64,000 bases of DNA from Dehalococcoidia bacterium (GTDB lineage Bacteria > Chloroflexota > Dehalococcoidia > Lucifugimonadales > UBA1123), in NCBI GenBank assembly GCA_965116415.1, contig OZ220693.1, positions 831,076-895,075 on the forward strand. The letters run 5' to 3'. A program made the position numbers and the translations under genes. This document shows, one piece after another, positions 52,860 to 62,108 of the stretch (its first letter is position 1; each line of letters starts with the position of its first letter). The notes below the pieces were generated by a model. That model worked only from the letters and a program-made list of their open reading frames with translations, ran no database searches and had not been told where the DNA came from.

Positions 52860-54062
52860 ATGTTTCTGATGCGGTTCACAGAGCGAGCCTACTTCCACTA
52901 CACGGAGGAGGACGTAAGGAACAGCTACCGCAGTGCGGTCAGGCTGACGTTCCCAAACTCCCACTTCGATCCCGAGATGGCCGCGGACATGTACAACTAC
53001 TACCTCGACGAGTACGAGTACTGCGAGGAGATGGGGTTCGACGGGCTGATGCTCAACGAGCATCACAACACGCCGACGTGCATGGGCGCAGCCATGAACC
53101 TCGAAGCTGCGATCCTTGCACGGGCCACTAGGAACGCCAAGATCGTGCTTCTTGGCAACCCGCTGCCCATCTCTGACAATCCAGTCAGGATGGCCGAGGA
53201 GCTTGCGGAGATAGACCTGATCTCTCGCGGCAGGCTCGTATCGGGATTCGTGCGAGGCACCGGTGTCGAGTCGTGGGCCACGAACACCAACCCCGTCCAC
53301 AACCGGGAGCGTTTCCAGGAGGCGCACGACCTGATCATCAAGACCTGGACGACTCCGGGCCCCTTCAGATGGGAGGGACGTCACTACGAGTACCGCGTCG
53401 TGAACCCGTTCGTTCGGCCCCTGCAGGACCCGCACCCGCCAGTGTGGGTACCGGGAAGCGCGAGTCCGGAGACGATGATCTGGGCGGCGCAGCGCCACTA
53501 CCCGTACGTGTTCCTCGAAGCCGACCCTGAAGTCGTAGGCGACGCCAAGGCGATCTACGCAGAGGCGGCGAACGAGGTCGGATACGAACCCGGCCCGCAG
53601 AACTTCGGGTACCTGTTCCGCATCCACGTTCAGGACACAGATGAGAAGGCGTACGAGGTTGGCAAGGGGTTCCTGTCAGGAAATGCCGGTGTGGGACGCG
53701 TCCCGATGCCGCCGGAGTACATGAACCCGCCGGGTTACACGTCTATCGAAGGTAGGAGACGAAGCTCCAATATCAACCTGCGTCCAGACCGGCTGGTAGG
53801 CGGCGTCGACGCAGCCGGTTATGATCGGGTTGTCGGGCTGAACCGAATCGTGGTCGGCAATCCTGACACCGTCATCAGGAAGCTGCGGGAGGTGCTGTCG
53901 GTCATTCGGCCAGGCATTCTAGCGGTGTGGACCAATGACGGCAGTATCAGCCACGAGGACACGATGAGGTGCCTGGAGTTGATGGACTCGGACGTCCTGC
54001 CCGCGCTGAGGGAAATCGGTGAGGAGTTGGAGCTTCCAGGGCCGTTCGAGGTGGCGCCATGA
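52860..54062 (+). CDS. luciferase-like (LLM-class) flavin-dependent oxidoreductase/monooxygenase
   Basis: ATG at 52860 with GAGGAG 9 nt upstream. Contains GFDGLMLNEHH ... RLVSGFVRG, typical of the LLM family. The antisense ORF 52662..53627 is rejected. Confidence 0.82.
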   Translation: MFLMRFTERAYFHYTEEDVRNSYRSAVRLTFPNSHFDPEMAADMYNYYLDEYEYCEEMGFDGLMLNEHHNTPTCMGAAMNLEAAILARATRNAKIVLLGNPLPISDNPVRMAEELAEIDLISRGRLVSGFVRGTGVESWATNTNPVHNRERFQEAHDLIIKTWTTPGPFRWEGRHYEYRVVNPFVRPLQDPHPPVWVPGSASPETMIWAAQRHYPYVFLEADPEVVGDAKAIYAEAANEVGYEPGPQNFGYLFRIHVQDTDEKAYEVGKGFLSGNAGVGRVPMPPEYMNPPGYTSIEGRRRSSNINLRPDRLVGGVDAAGYDRVVGLNRIVVGNPDTVIRKLREVLSVIRPGILAVWTNDGSISHEDTMRCLELMDSDVLPALREIGEELELPGPFEVAP

Positions 54063-54844
54063 CCACTACATCCGTTGCCGAGGAATTCGTCGAAGTCGGC
54101 GGAGCGAAGGTCCATCTCGTCAGAGGTGGAGACGGCCCTCCCCTGCTCTTTCTGCACAGCATCGAGGGCAACCTGGGCTGGCTTCCGTGGATGGAAGAAG
54201 TCTCGAAGTCTTCGACAGTGTACGCGCCGACGCACCCAGGCTTCGGGCGTTCAGAACGGCCCGAGTTCCTCGAGTCAGTCTCGGACATGGCGCGGTTCTA
54301 CCTGTGGATGATCCAGGAGTTGAGGCTTGACGGAGTTACACTCGTCGGACACTTCCTCGGCGGGTGGATTGCCTCAGAGATGGCGACCATGAGTCCGGAA
54401 AGCCTGGGGAGTCTGATTCTGATCGATTCCGCGGGAGTCAGGCCGGAGGAAGGTGAGATCGCTGACATCTTCCTGCTAGGAGAGGATGAGACAACGAGGC
54501 TCTCATTCCACGATGCCGCAAACGCTCCTGGCTACTCCGAACTGTTTGAACGCGATCTATCCCCCAAAGAGCTTGAGATGAGAGTTCGCGGACGGGAGAT
54601 GACGACGCGCCTGTGCTGGAAGCCGTACATGCACGACCGCAGCCTCGTCTGGCTCCTACAGCGAGTCAACGTGCCGACGCTGATCGTGTGGGGCGCTGAG
54701 GACAAGATCATCCCGTCGGATGCAGGTCGCCGAATACAGGAGGCGATTCCAGGATCGCGCCTGGAAGTCATCCCCGACTGTGGTCACCTGCCACACATAG
54801 AGAAGTCGGATGAGTTCTTGAGGTTGCTGAGCCACATGATTTAG
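54059..54844 (+). CDS. alpha/beta-fold hydrolase (C-C hydrolase/esterase-like)
   Basis: 261 aa. The start overlaps the LLM stop (ATGA). Contains LLFLHS, the nucleophile-elbow-type GHFLGG, and C-terminal DCGHLPHIE. Confidence 0.8.
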   Translation: MTTTSVAEEFVEVGGAKVHLVRGGDGPPLLFLHSIEGNLGWLPWMEEVSKSSTVYAPTHPGFGRSERPEFLESVSDMARFYLWMIQELRLDGVTLVGHFLGGWIASEMATMSPESLGSLILIDSAGVRPEEGEIADIFLLGEDETTRLSFHDAANAPGYSELFERDLSPKELEMRVRGREMTTRLCWKPYMHDRSLVWLLQRVNVPTLIVWGAEDKIIPSDAGRRIQEAIPGSRLEVIPDCGHLPHIEKSDEFLRLLSHMI

Positions 54845-55018
54845 ACCTGAAGGCAAGCGACGTATTCAACACTCAACGATTCGGCGTGGATCAAGTGATA
54901 GCAATTGGCCAAGAGTTCAGCTAGCAAAATACAGTCACGTAAAACTGGACAAATAAAGCGACCTTGTTTCAATTTAAGGTTGCCGTAACCTTAGAGCCTA
55001 ATACCCTGGAGACCAACA

Positions 55019-56833
55019 ATGGATGTAAATGTTCTCACAATGGAAAAGCTGTTTGGAAAGCCCATACGCTACCAGATTCCGACTTTCCAGAGACCGTACG
55101 TTTGGGGCAAAGACGAACAGTGGGAGCCACTCTGGGATGACGTGCGTAACACGGCCGAGGACTATCTAGAAAACAGCGCCAACACGAATGGATCGGTGCG
55201 ACGAGTTCCCACAAGCCAGGCACGGGCACATTTCTTGGGTGCTGTCGTCGTTCAACAGCAGCCTTTCATGACAGGTGAAATCGAAACTAGACTTGTAATA
55301 GACGGCCAGCAACGTTTGACAACATCGCAACTGCTCTTGGACGCCGTGCAAGAAATACTAGAGCAACGCGAATATGGTCGTATGGCGAAGAGGCTGTCAC
55401 TACTTGTTCTAAACAATGACGCCTACATAGAAGACGAAGACGATGTATTCAAAGTGTGGCCGACCCTCAATGATCGGGACGCATTTCGTCACGCAATGCA
55501 CAACGGACTTCCAAGTGAAGAATACGAAGATTCTCTAATCGTACAGGCTCACGAATTCTTTAAGCAGCAAATTGAACACTGGCTAGACGAACGTCCCGAG
55601 GAGGTCGAAGCACGAGCAGACGCACTAGAAAAGGCCGTCGTACATCTTCTTGAATTAGTCATAATCGATCTGCGCTTGGATGATGAACCGCACATTATAT
55701 TCGAGACTCTCAATGCTCGAGGGACCCCTTTACTGCAGTCTGATCTCATAAAGAACTTTATCCTCTATAAGGCCGGACAGGCCGATATCACTGATGGCTC
55801 AGAGGATGCAATAGGGTTGTGGGCATTTAACGATGACTGGTGGAGAACTGAAATCGGCAGAGGCCGCATAAGGGAACCGAGGATTGACGTCTTCCTAAAC
55901 TACTGGCTCACCATGCGGACGCGAGAGGAGATTAGGCCGGACCGAACTTCAGCAGAGTTCCGCAACTACGTGGAAGGGACACACTACGACATTAGAGAGA
56001 TTGCTGGCGACATCAGACGGGTCGGCGAAACTTACCGAGATCTTGAAATCGGCAACAAGGTTGGATTCGAGAGTTTCCTATACAGGCGCGAAGTCATGCA
56101 GGCTGGAACACTTACTCCAGTTCTACTTTGGCTATTCTCTTCCCAAATGTCAGAAGCGCAGCGAAAGAAGGGGGTTCACGCGCTAGAGAGCTACATGGTC
56201 CGACGCATGGTTTGCCGAATGACAACCAAGAATTATAATCAGCTTTTTCTCCGACTAATAAACACCCTAGAGGACGAAGGACCAACGGCAGCGGGCGATA
56301 CCATAGCCCGTTATCTGGGAGAACAGACAGCCCATGCAAACTTGTGGCCAGATGACAGAATGCTCGAAGACGCTTTCCTAAAACTCCCTCTCTATTGGTC
56401 CCTCACGAGGGGGAGGCTCAGACTTGTCCTAGAAGGGATTGAAGAGGAGATGCGATCGAGAATGGCGGAGAGCCACTCTGTGCCACGAGGGCTAACGATT
56501 GAACACATCATGCCACAAAAGTGGCAAGCCAATTGGCCTCTTGATGCAGATACCGCAGACGTAGAGAGTGTCGTGAAGAAGAGAGATCGCCGCAACCGCA
56601 TTCTCCATTCGATCGGCAATCTGACTCTTGTAAATGGACGGCTGAATGCAAGCCTGTCCAATGGCCAGTGGTCAGACAAAAAGAAGGTATTGAACCAACA
56701 CACGGTTCTCTTCCTTAACAAGGAACTCTTGGACGAAGCTCCAAATACCTGGGACGAAGAGCTCATAGAAGAGCGCGCGCGGCGGCTATCAGGAATTGCA
56801 GCGCGAGTCTGGCCTTCTGCCGAGGCCATATAA
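55019..56833 (+). CDS. DUF262/DUF1524 two-domain nuclease (GmrSD-like type IV restriction/defence protein)
   Basis: 604 aa. The N-domain has FQRPYVW and IDGQQRLTT (the DGQQR motif of the ParB-like DUF262). The C-domain has TIEHIMPQKW ... IGNLTLVNGRLNASLSN (His-Me/HNH-like DUF1524). The gene and its flanks are visibly AT-richer than neighbours. Confidence 0.8.
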   Translation: MDVNVLTMEKLFGKPIRYQIPTFQRPYVWGKDEQWEPLWDDVRNTAEDYLENSANTNGSVRRVPTSQARAHFLGAVVVQQQPFMTGEIETRLVIDGQQRLTTSQLLLDAVQEILEQREYGRMAKRLSLLVLNNDAYIEDEDDVFKVWPTLNDRDAFRHAMHNGLPSEEYEDSLIVQAHEFFKQQIEHWLDERPEEVEARADALEKAVVHLLELVIIDLRLDDEPHIIFETLNARGTPLLQSDLIKNFILYKAGQADITDGSEDAIGLWAFNDDWWRTEIGRGRIREPRIDVFLNYWLTMRTREEIRPDRTSAEFRNYVEGTHYDIREIAGDIRRVGETYRDLEIGNKVGFESFLYRREVMQAGTLTPVLLWLFSSQMSEAQRKKGVHALESYMVRRMVCRMTTKNYNQLFLRLINTLEDEGPTAAGDTIARYLGEQTAHANLWPDDRMLEDAFLKLPLYWSLTRGRLRLVLEGIEEEMRSRMAESHSVPRGLTIEHIMPQKWQANWPLDADTADVESVVKKRDRRNRILHSIGNLTLVNGRLNASLSNGQWSDKKKVLNQHTVLFLNKELLDEAPNTWDEELIEERARRLSGIAARVWPSAEAI

Positions 56834-56908
56834 TGAGGACTCTGGGGTCAAGTATCCGGGGCACCCCAGTTGGAGTTCAGATCAATACAGTGGGCTTGTT
56901 GCACTCTG

Positions 56909-57847
56909 CTAGTCAGGATCTGTCCTAATTCGAGCCTTGGCAACGGCCGCGGCCTTTACGGCCTCGCGGGCGGCGCAGCGCTCCCAGAGCTCCAGGTTGA
57001 CGCGGGCGTTCTCGTCGACTGGGACGTCGATCATCATGGTGGTGCCGGGATAGGGAATCGCGGCGGTGCCTCGCGCTACTCCTTCCGCGAATAGACGTCG
57101 GGTCTCGCGGTAGAACTCCAGCCTGTCTTCGGGCGGCGCGAAGGCCCTGTTGCAGTGCTCGACCCAGGATGGGTCAGGACATATCGCGCCTGCAAAGCCG
57201 AGGTTCTTCGACCTGAGGGCAAGGCGAGCTATCTCGCCTTCGTCGTCGAACTCGGGCAGCACACCGTACGGATGACTCATGCCTATGGGTTGGACTTTCG
57301 AGGCACGGGCCTCGATGATCACCCTGCCCTTGGCGTACTCGAACGGATCGAAGTCGGCGCTCGGGACGATCCCCAGGCTCTGGCACAAGGCCAGCTCGTC
57401 GATCCCGACCGAGCTTACACGTTCCGATGCGCGAACTATCTCACGAATGTTCCATACACCCGCACCTGATGTGAGCAATACGATGATGTGGAGCGTGTTC
57501 TCATGCACACCGCTCTTCTTCTCGAACTCAGCCAGCCACTCATCGACCTGCTCAAGCTCGGATCCTGACTCTTCGCCCGCATAGACGATGCCCTTCAAGC
57601 CAGGGCCGGCCGCGGCCTCCAAGTCCGCATACGCTGCGACTCTGTCGGTCAGGACAAACACTTCAGCGCCGCCCAGTGCGGCAGTGTTGACCGCCTGTCG
57701 CAAGTTCGCACGAGCTGTCGACCGCTCCAGCGCCCCTCCAGGCAATGTCAGAGCCACTGCGTCTGCGTTGTGCCTCCACGATCCATTGACGGCTTCACGA
57801 TTGAGGACGTCGACGAGCAGGTGAGACCTTCTGACGAATGGCTTCAT
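56909..57847 (-). CDS. HpcH/CitE-like lyase paralog C (signature motifs degenerate)
   Basis: Start at the ATG at 57847, overlapping the upstream stop (ATGA). The fold-level pattern is CitE-like, but LTLPGG replaces DLED and VLLTSGAG replaces the ..ET.. motif. Confidence 0.65.
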   Translation of the reverse strand: MKPFVRRSHLLVDVLNREAVNGSWRHNADAVALTLPGGALERSTARANLRQAVNTAALGGAEVFVLTDRVAAYADLEAAAGPGLKGIVYAGEESGSELEQVDEWLAEFEKKSGVHENTLHIIVLLTSGAGVWNIREIVRASERVSSVGIDELALCQSLGIVPSADFDPFEYAKGRVIIEARASKVQPIGMSHPYGVLPEFDDEGEIARLALRSKNLGFAGAICPDPSWVEHCNRAFAPPEDRLEFYRETRRLFAEGVARGTAAIPYPGTTMMIDVPVDENARVNLELWERCAAREAVKAAAVAKARIRTDPD

Positions 57848-58788
57848 CCAGACGACTCCTCGGCAGCCTCTGTCCGAGCGCGGGCTGCGGTCTTCTCCGC
57901 ATCCCGCTGGGCGCAGAGGTCGGCCCACTCTATGAGTTCGAGCGCGCGGTCGGCCTCGTAGGCGTCGACGATCTGGCCGTCTAGATCACCCTCGACCTCG
58001 CCTGCTTCGTCAAGCTCGGCAAAGAAGACGAGAACTCTATGAGCGTGCTCGACCTCTTCGGCAGTTGGAGTAAGTCCTTCGTTCTGTGGGGCGACGACGT
58101 TTGGATGGAGGCCGCCGCCTGATCGCAGCCCTGCCTTCCTGTTCGCACGAGCCCGGTTGAGGGCGAGGTCGGCGTTGCCCACGTTGCCAGTCGTGTCGGG
58201 CATGTAGACGCCGCCATCGCGTTCCAGTCCGAGAGCGAGTGCGACTAGCTCGCCCTCACCCCGGTTGTAGAAGAACTGATCGAATCCCACGAACATCTCG
58301 ACGCCCATGTCCATGGACATGTCGTAGCCCGTCCCGGGTCCGAACGAGTCTATGCGCGGACTGGCTGACGCTATCTCGTAGGAGTTCGCCACTCCCAGAG
58401 TGGTCTCGACCGTGGCGCCAATGCGGACCGTGCCAGGTCTGATACCTCGCACTCTCTCCATTCCGGTGATGAGTTCGTCGAGGTTCTTGATCTGTTCAGC
58501 GGTCTCCGCCTTTGGAAAGTTGATCTGAGTGACTCCTGGCAGTACGGCGGCTGGAACGTCCACCTCGGGGTAGGCGCAGTTGATCCTGATGTTGACCTCT
58601 GCCGCTCCCTTCTTAGCCTGCTCAATGGCGTACTTGACCAGTGTGCGGGCGTGCTCCTTCTGCGACTGGGGAACGGAGTCTTCGAAGTCGAAGTTCAGGT
58701 AGTCGCAGTCTCGGGTCCACGACCGCCCCACGAAGCGAGGGTTGTTGATGGGCATTGTCAGCCCGGAACGTCTCACTCTTCTGGTCAT
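57844..58788 (-). CDS. HpcH/CitE-like acyl-CoA lyase paralog B (malyl-/citramalyl-CoA-lyase-like; canonical motifs present)
   Basis: 314 aa. Contains FDFEDSV (DxED box), INFPKAE, ATVETTLG (Mg-ligand Glu context) and HPNVV. Confidence 0.75.
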   Translation of the reverse strand: MTRRVRRSGLTMPINNPRFVGRSWTRDCDYLNFDFEDSVPQSQKEHARTLVKYAIEQAKKGAAEVNIRINCAYPEVDVPAAVLPGVTQINFPKAETAEQIKNLDELITGMERVRGIRPGTVRIGATVETTLGVANSYEIASASPRIDSFGPGTGYDMSMDMGVEMFVGFDQFFYNRGEGELVALALGLERDGGVYMPDTTGNVGNADLALNRARANRKAGLRSGGGLHPNVVAPQNEGLTPTAEEVEHAHRVLVFFAELDEAGEVEGDLDGQIVDAYEADRALELIEWADLCAQRDAEKTAARARTEAAEESSG

Positions 58789-58800
58789 AGCCTGTTCCCT

Positions 58801-59715
58801 CTAATCATGATCGGGCTGGGACTGGCCGCGCACGAGTTCTCTCGCCTGATCGCGTGCTACGCAGGCGTCTGCCCAAGCGGCGAGGTCGGACGAGATCTGG
58901 GATGCCGGTGATACCGCAGTTTGGTTTTCCAGCTCCGAATTGGACGGGGTAAAGCCCCTATTGAGCGCGTCAACCTGATTCGACCTCATGCAAAGAGCGC
59001 CCCGGAAACCCGCCTGTCGACCCGTCAGTGCCGCCTCGAGCGTGTCCAGGGAGCTGGCTACCAGACCCCGGGATGTCGCGCGCCACCAAGCGCCCACAGG
59101 CTCGACGCCGGTCGCGTTTGCAATGATGATTAACCTCTGTATCAGATACGGGAGCAAGTGTAGGTCGCCAGTTGGCTCCTCGCGAAGGTCCATGACGAGG
59201 TCGGCGCGTCCCAGGCTGATTGACTTGACCCGGTCGCTGGCTCTGATCAGATCCTCGGCGTGCCAGTTGCCGGGGCCGGTGTCGAGGGACAGGTGGATCT
59301 CCAGTGCCTGCTCAGGGCCACGGGGGTCGTCGGCCTCCCGAACCTGCCCAACCGGTGGAGGTTTGACCACGCCTCGCTCGGCCTCGAACTGCGAGAGAAT
59401 CTCGTCGGCTGCCCGCACCTGCTCAACGCTCGTTACGCCGGGCAGGACCACGCCTGACAGTCCCCGCCAGACGGATGCATCGAGATCGGCATACATCAAG
59501 TCGACATCGGAGCGCACGAAAACCTCAGCACCGGCGTCACGCATCGTTTCGATGGCACCGCGGACCTTACCGCGCGCATCGTGCTTACGGCTCTCGTGTA
59601 CGGTGTCCTGCAAATCGAGTACGACAACGTCCGCGCCGGACTCTGCAGCCTCGTCCAGAGCCTTGTCGTTATGTGCAGGCACAATCAGCCAGGAGCGTCG
59701 AACTGTGTACGTCAT
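58801..59715 (-). CDS. HpcH/CitE-like lyase paralog A (partly divergent motifs)
   Basis: 304 aa. Contains RSWLIVPAHN ... VVVLDLQDTV (E to Q), LSLDTGPG (E to D) and LGRADLVMDL. Its start overlaps the stop of the acyl-CoA synthetase (ATGA). Confidence 0.7.
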   Translation of the reverse strand: MTYTVRRSWLIVPAHNDKALDEAAESGADVVVLDLQDTVHESRKHDARGKVRGAIETMRDAGAEVFVRSDVDLMYADLDASVWRGLSGVVLPGVTSVEQVRAADEILSQFEAERGVVKPPPVGQVREADDPRGPEQALEIHLSLDTGPGNWHAEDLIRASDRVKSISLGRADLVMDLREEPTGDLHLLPYLIQRLIIIANATGVEPVGAWWRATSRGLVASSLDTLEAALTGRQAGFRGALCMRSNQVDALNRGFTPSNSELENQTAVSPASQISSDLAAWADACVARDQARELVRGQSQPDHD

Positions 59716-61856
59716 GCGTCGTCCCGTTTCAACGTCACCAAAGCGTCCAGTGCCTTCACGCCGCCTCCCTCTGGAAGAACCGCGAGCGGGTTTATGTCCA
59801 ACTCCTCGATGACGCCGTCAAGGTGTACAGCGAGGTCTGAGACCCGCACGAGGGTTTCGACCAAAGCGTCGACATCGGCCTTTGGCTGGCCCCGGAATCC
59901 GTGCAGCAGCCGGCTGCCACGAACCTGTGCGACCATCTCCTCGGCATCAAGGCGCGAGATTGGGCACACACGAAGGGCGACGTCGCGCATCACCTCGACG
60001 AGTATGCCGCCCATCCCGAATAGCAGGACCGGGCCGAGCTGCGAGTCGTAAGTCACGCCGACTATGACTTCGGTAGCATCGCGGACCATCTCTCCCACGA
60101 GCACGCCTTCGATGCGCGCGCCAGTCGAGTGCGCCCTGGCGTTAGATACAACCTCTCGATAGGCTGCCCGCACGGCATCGTCGGAGGTCAGGCCTACTCT
60201 CAGCGCATCGGCCTCCGTCTTGTGCAAGATGTCCGGAGAGTTGACCTTGACTACGACAGGGAGGCCGATCTCTCGCGCAGCCTCGACGGCCTCGTCCTCG
60301 GATGCAGCCAACCGCTCGGTTACGATCGGAACTCCCCATTGAGCTACGAGCTGCTTTGCCTCATGTTCTGAAAGAGCGCCGCCGCCTCTGGCTTCCAGTG
60401 CGTGGGCACAGTCAATCTGGGCATCGCTCATGGCCTGCGCACTTCCGAAATCGGAGCCGCGCCTTGACTGTCTCCACGAGTGGTAATCGTGGAACTGCCT
60501 GAGCGCAGATGCAAGGTTCTCGGGACTGTGGAACACGGGCACGCCTGCGTCCTTCAGTCGGTCCAGGCCGGTGGAAGCTCCTAACTCGTTGCCCGTGTAC
60601 AGGAACGTAACGAGCTTGTCATGCCTGTCTCGAACGTCGATGACGTGCCTCGCCTGATCGTCCGACGCGGAACTTGCGACGACAAGCGTGCCGACTTCCG
60701 GCTCACAAATCATGTGCTCCATGATGGGCAGCACCGTGTCACGGCTGGCGTGACCGGTTATATCGGCAGGATTCGCGGCCCATCCGAATCCCTCGAGGAT
60801 GTCGTTGATGGCATCCCTGGCCGGGTCAGAGAGTTCGGGAAGTTCGAGACCGGCGTCACCAAGGTTGTCTGCCGTGAGTGAGCAGACTCCTCCGGAGTGG
60901 GAAACCAGCGCGATTCCCTGATTGGTCGGAGACTTCCCTACTGACAGGAGCTGCGCGACCTCCAGCAGCTTGTCCCAGTCGTGGACACGGACGACCCCGT
61001 ACTGCTCGAAGGCCGCGTCGTATACCTCGTCCACGCCGGTGAGCGCGGCGGTATGGGAGCGTGCGGCCCTCATACCGAGATCTGAGCGACCTATCTTCAC
61101 GGCGACGATTGGTTTGCCACGCTCGGCTGCAAGTCTTGCGACTTCGAGGAACTTCCTGGCGTCATTGAAGCCCTCAATGAACATGGCAATGACACTGGTG
61201 TCGTCGTCGTCGAGAAGGTATCTTGCGAAGTCAGGACCTTCAAGATCGGCTTCATTTCCCGTTGAAACAATGTACGAGTAACCCACGCCGCGTCCGACAG
61301 CCCTCGACAGGAACGGGCCGAAAGCGGATGCGCCGCTCTGGCAGACGAGTCCGACGTTTCCGCTCTTGAGCTCGACGCCTTCGAGACGCGACGATGAGCA
61401 CGCCCAGATGTCGTCCTTGATGTTGGCGAGACCGAGGCAGTTCGGACCGGAGATGCGGACGCCTGTCTCCTGGGCGACCTGCCCGAGTTCGGCCTGAAGC
61501 TCGCGTCGATCGTCCACGCCACGCTCAGAGAAGCCGGCTGATATGACAACTGCAGAGCCCGCTCCGCGCTCGGCGCTCTCTCGCAGGACGGGAATCACCC
61601 TGTGGTACGGGACTATGATGCCTACGGCGTCTGGGGCTTCGGGTAAGTCGAGAACGCTGGCGTAGCACTTCTGTCCAAGCAATTCGTCGTAACGAGGATT
61701 GACCGGGTAGACGTTTACACGATCACCGGCCTGGAGCGCGGCGCGCAGGAACCTGCCGCCGTACTGGGGGCGCTCGGTCGCGCCAACGACGGCGATCGAG
61801 CGCGGATTAAGCATCTTGTGTATGGAGGCGAGCTGAGCCTCCGACCAGTAGTCCAT
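59712..61856 (-). CDS. ADP-forming acyl-CoA synthetase (acetate--CoA ligase family; fused alpha/beta, CoA-binding plus ATP-grasp)
   Basis: 714 aa. The N-terminus is LNPRSIAVVGATERP (CoA-binding Rossmann). A succinyl-CoA-synthetase-like middle has the phospho-His context (SHTAALTG). The C-terminal ATP-grasp has VVKV.SPDILHKTE. Confidence 0.85.
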   Translation of the reverse strand: MDYWSEAQLASIHKMLNPRSIAVVGATERPQYGGRFLRAALQAGDRVNVYPVNPRYDELLGQKCYASVLDLPEAPDAVGIIVPYHRVIPVLRESAERGAGSAVVISAGFSERGVDDRRELQAELGQVAQETGVRISGPNCLGLANIKDDIWACSSSRLEGVELKSGNVGLVCQSGASAFGPFLSRAVGRGVGYSYIVSTGNEADLEGPDFARYLLDDDDTSVIAMFIEGFNDARKFLEVARLAAERGKPIVAVKIGRSDLGMRAARSHTAALTGVDEVYDAAFEQYGVVRVHDWDKLLEVAQLLSVGKSPTNQGIALVSHSGGVCSLTADNLGDAGLELPELSDPARDAINDILEGFGWAANPADITGHASRDTVLPIMEHMICEPEVGTLVVASSASDDQARHVIDVRDRHDKLVTFLYTGNELGASTGLDRLKDAGVPVFHSPENLASALRQFHDYHSWRQSRRGSDFGSAQAMSDAQIDCAHALEARGGGALSEHEAKQLVAQWGVPIVTERLAASEDEAVEAAREIGLPVVVKVNSPDILHKTEADALRVGLTSDDAVRAAYREVVSNARAHSTGARIEGVLVGEMVRDATEVIVGVTYDSQLGPVLLFGMGGILVEVMRDVALRVCPISRLDAEEMVAQVRGSRLLHGFRGQPKADVDALVETLVRVSDLAVHLDGVIEELDINPLAVLPEGGGVKALDALVTLKRDDA

Positions 61857-62108
61857 AATCAGTTAGAGAGGTTGTCCTGTATCAGGCTTGGCGTCCGTAT
61901 CGTGCGATTACCACACCCTTACCTAGTGAATCATCCAGTGGTTGCAGTACGTGGGCTCCCGAGAGTCAACGTTCAGACCAGCCTGGTCACGTGCTTCAAT
62001 TGTGCGATCGTGCCTGGACGACATCAATCGGCGATGTCGATATGCGGCACTGCATACCACGATGAGCGCCATGGCAGCGACTAGAACAGTCAGCGTGATC
62101 ACCAGAGA

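Noticed and set aside
52662-53627. 321-aa ORF on the minus strand
   Set aside because: It is antisense to the LLM oxidoreductase (52860..54062), Arg/Val/His-rich with no motif. Its 3' part is produced by the REP-like palindromes.
61857-62108. Small minus-strand ORF starting with the GTG at 62102, in the 250-bp gap between the LLM and acyl-CoA synthetase genes
   Set aside because: Careful translation gives only 25 codons (VITLTVLVAAMALIVVCSAAYDIAD*) with no RBS, so it is treated as non-coding. The plus-strand ORF 61818..62084 also lacks coding features.
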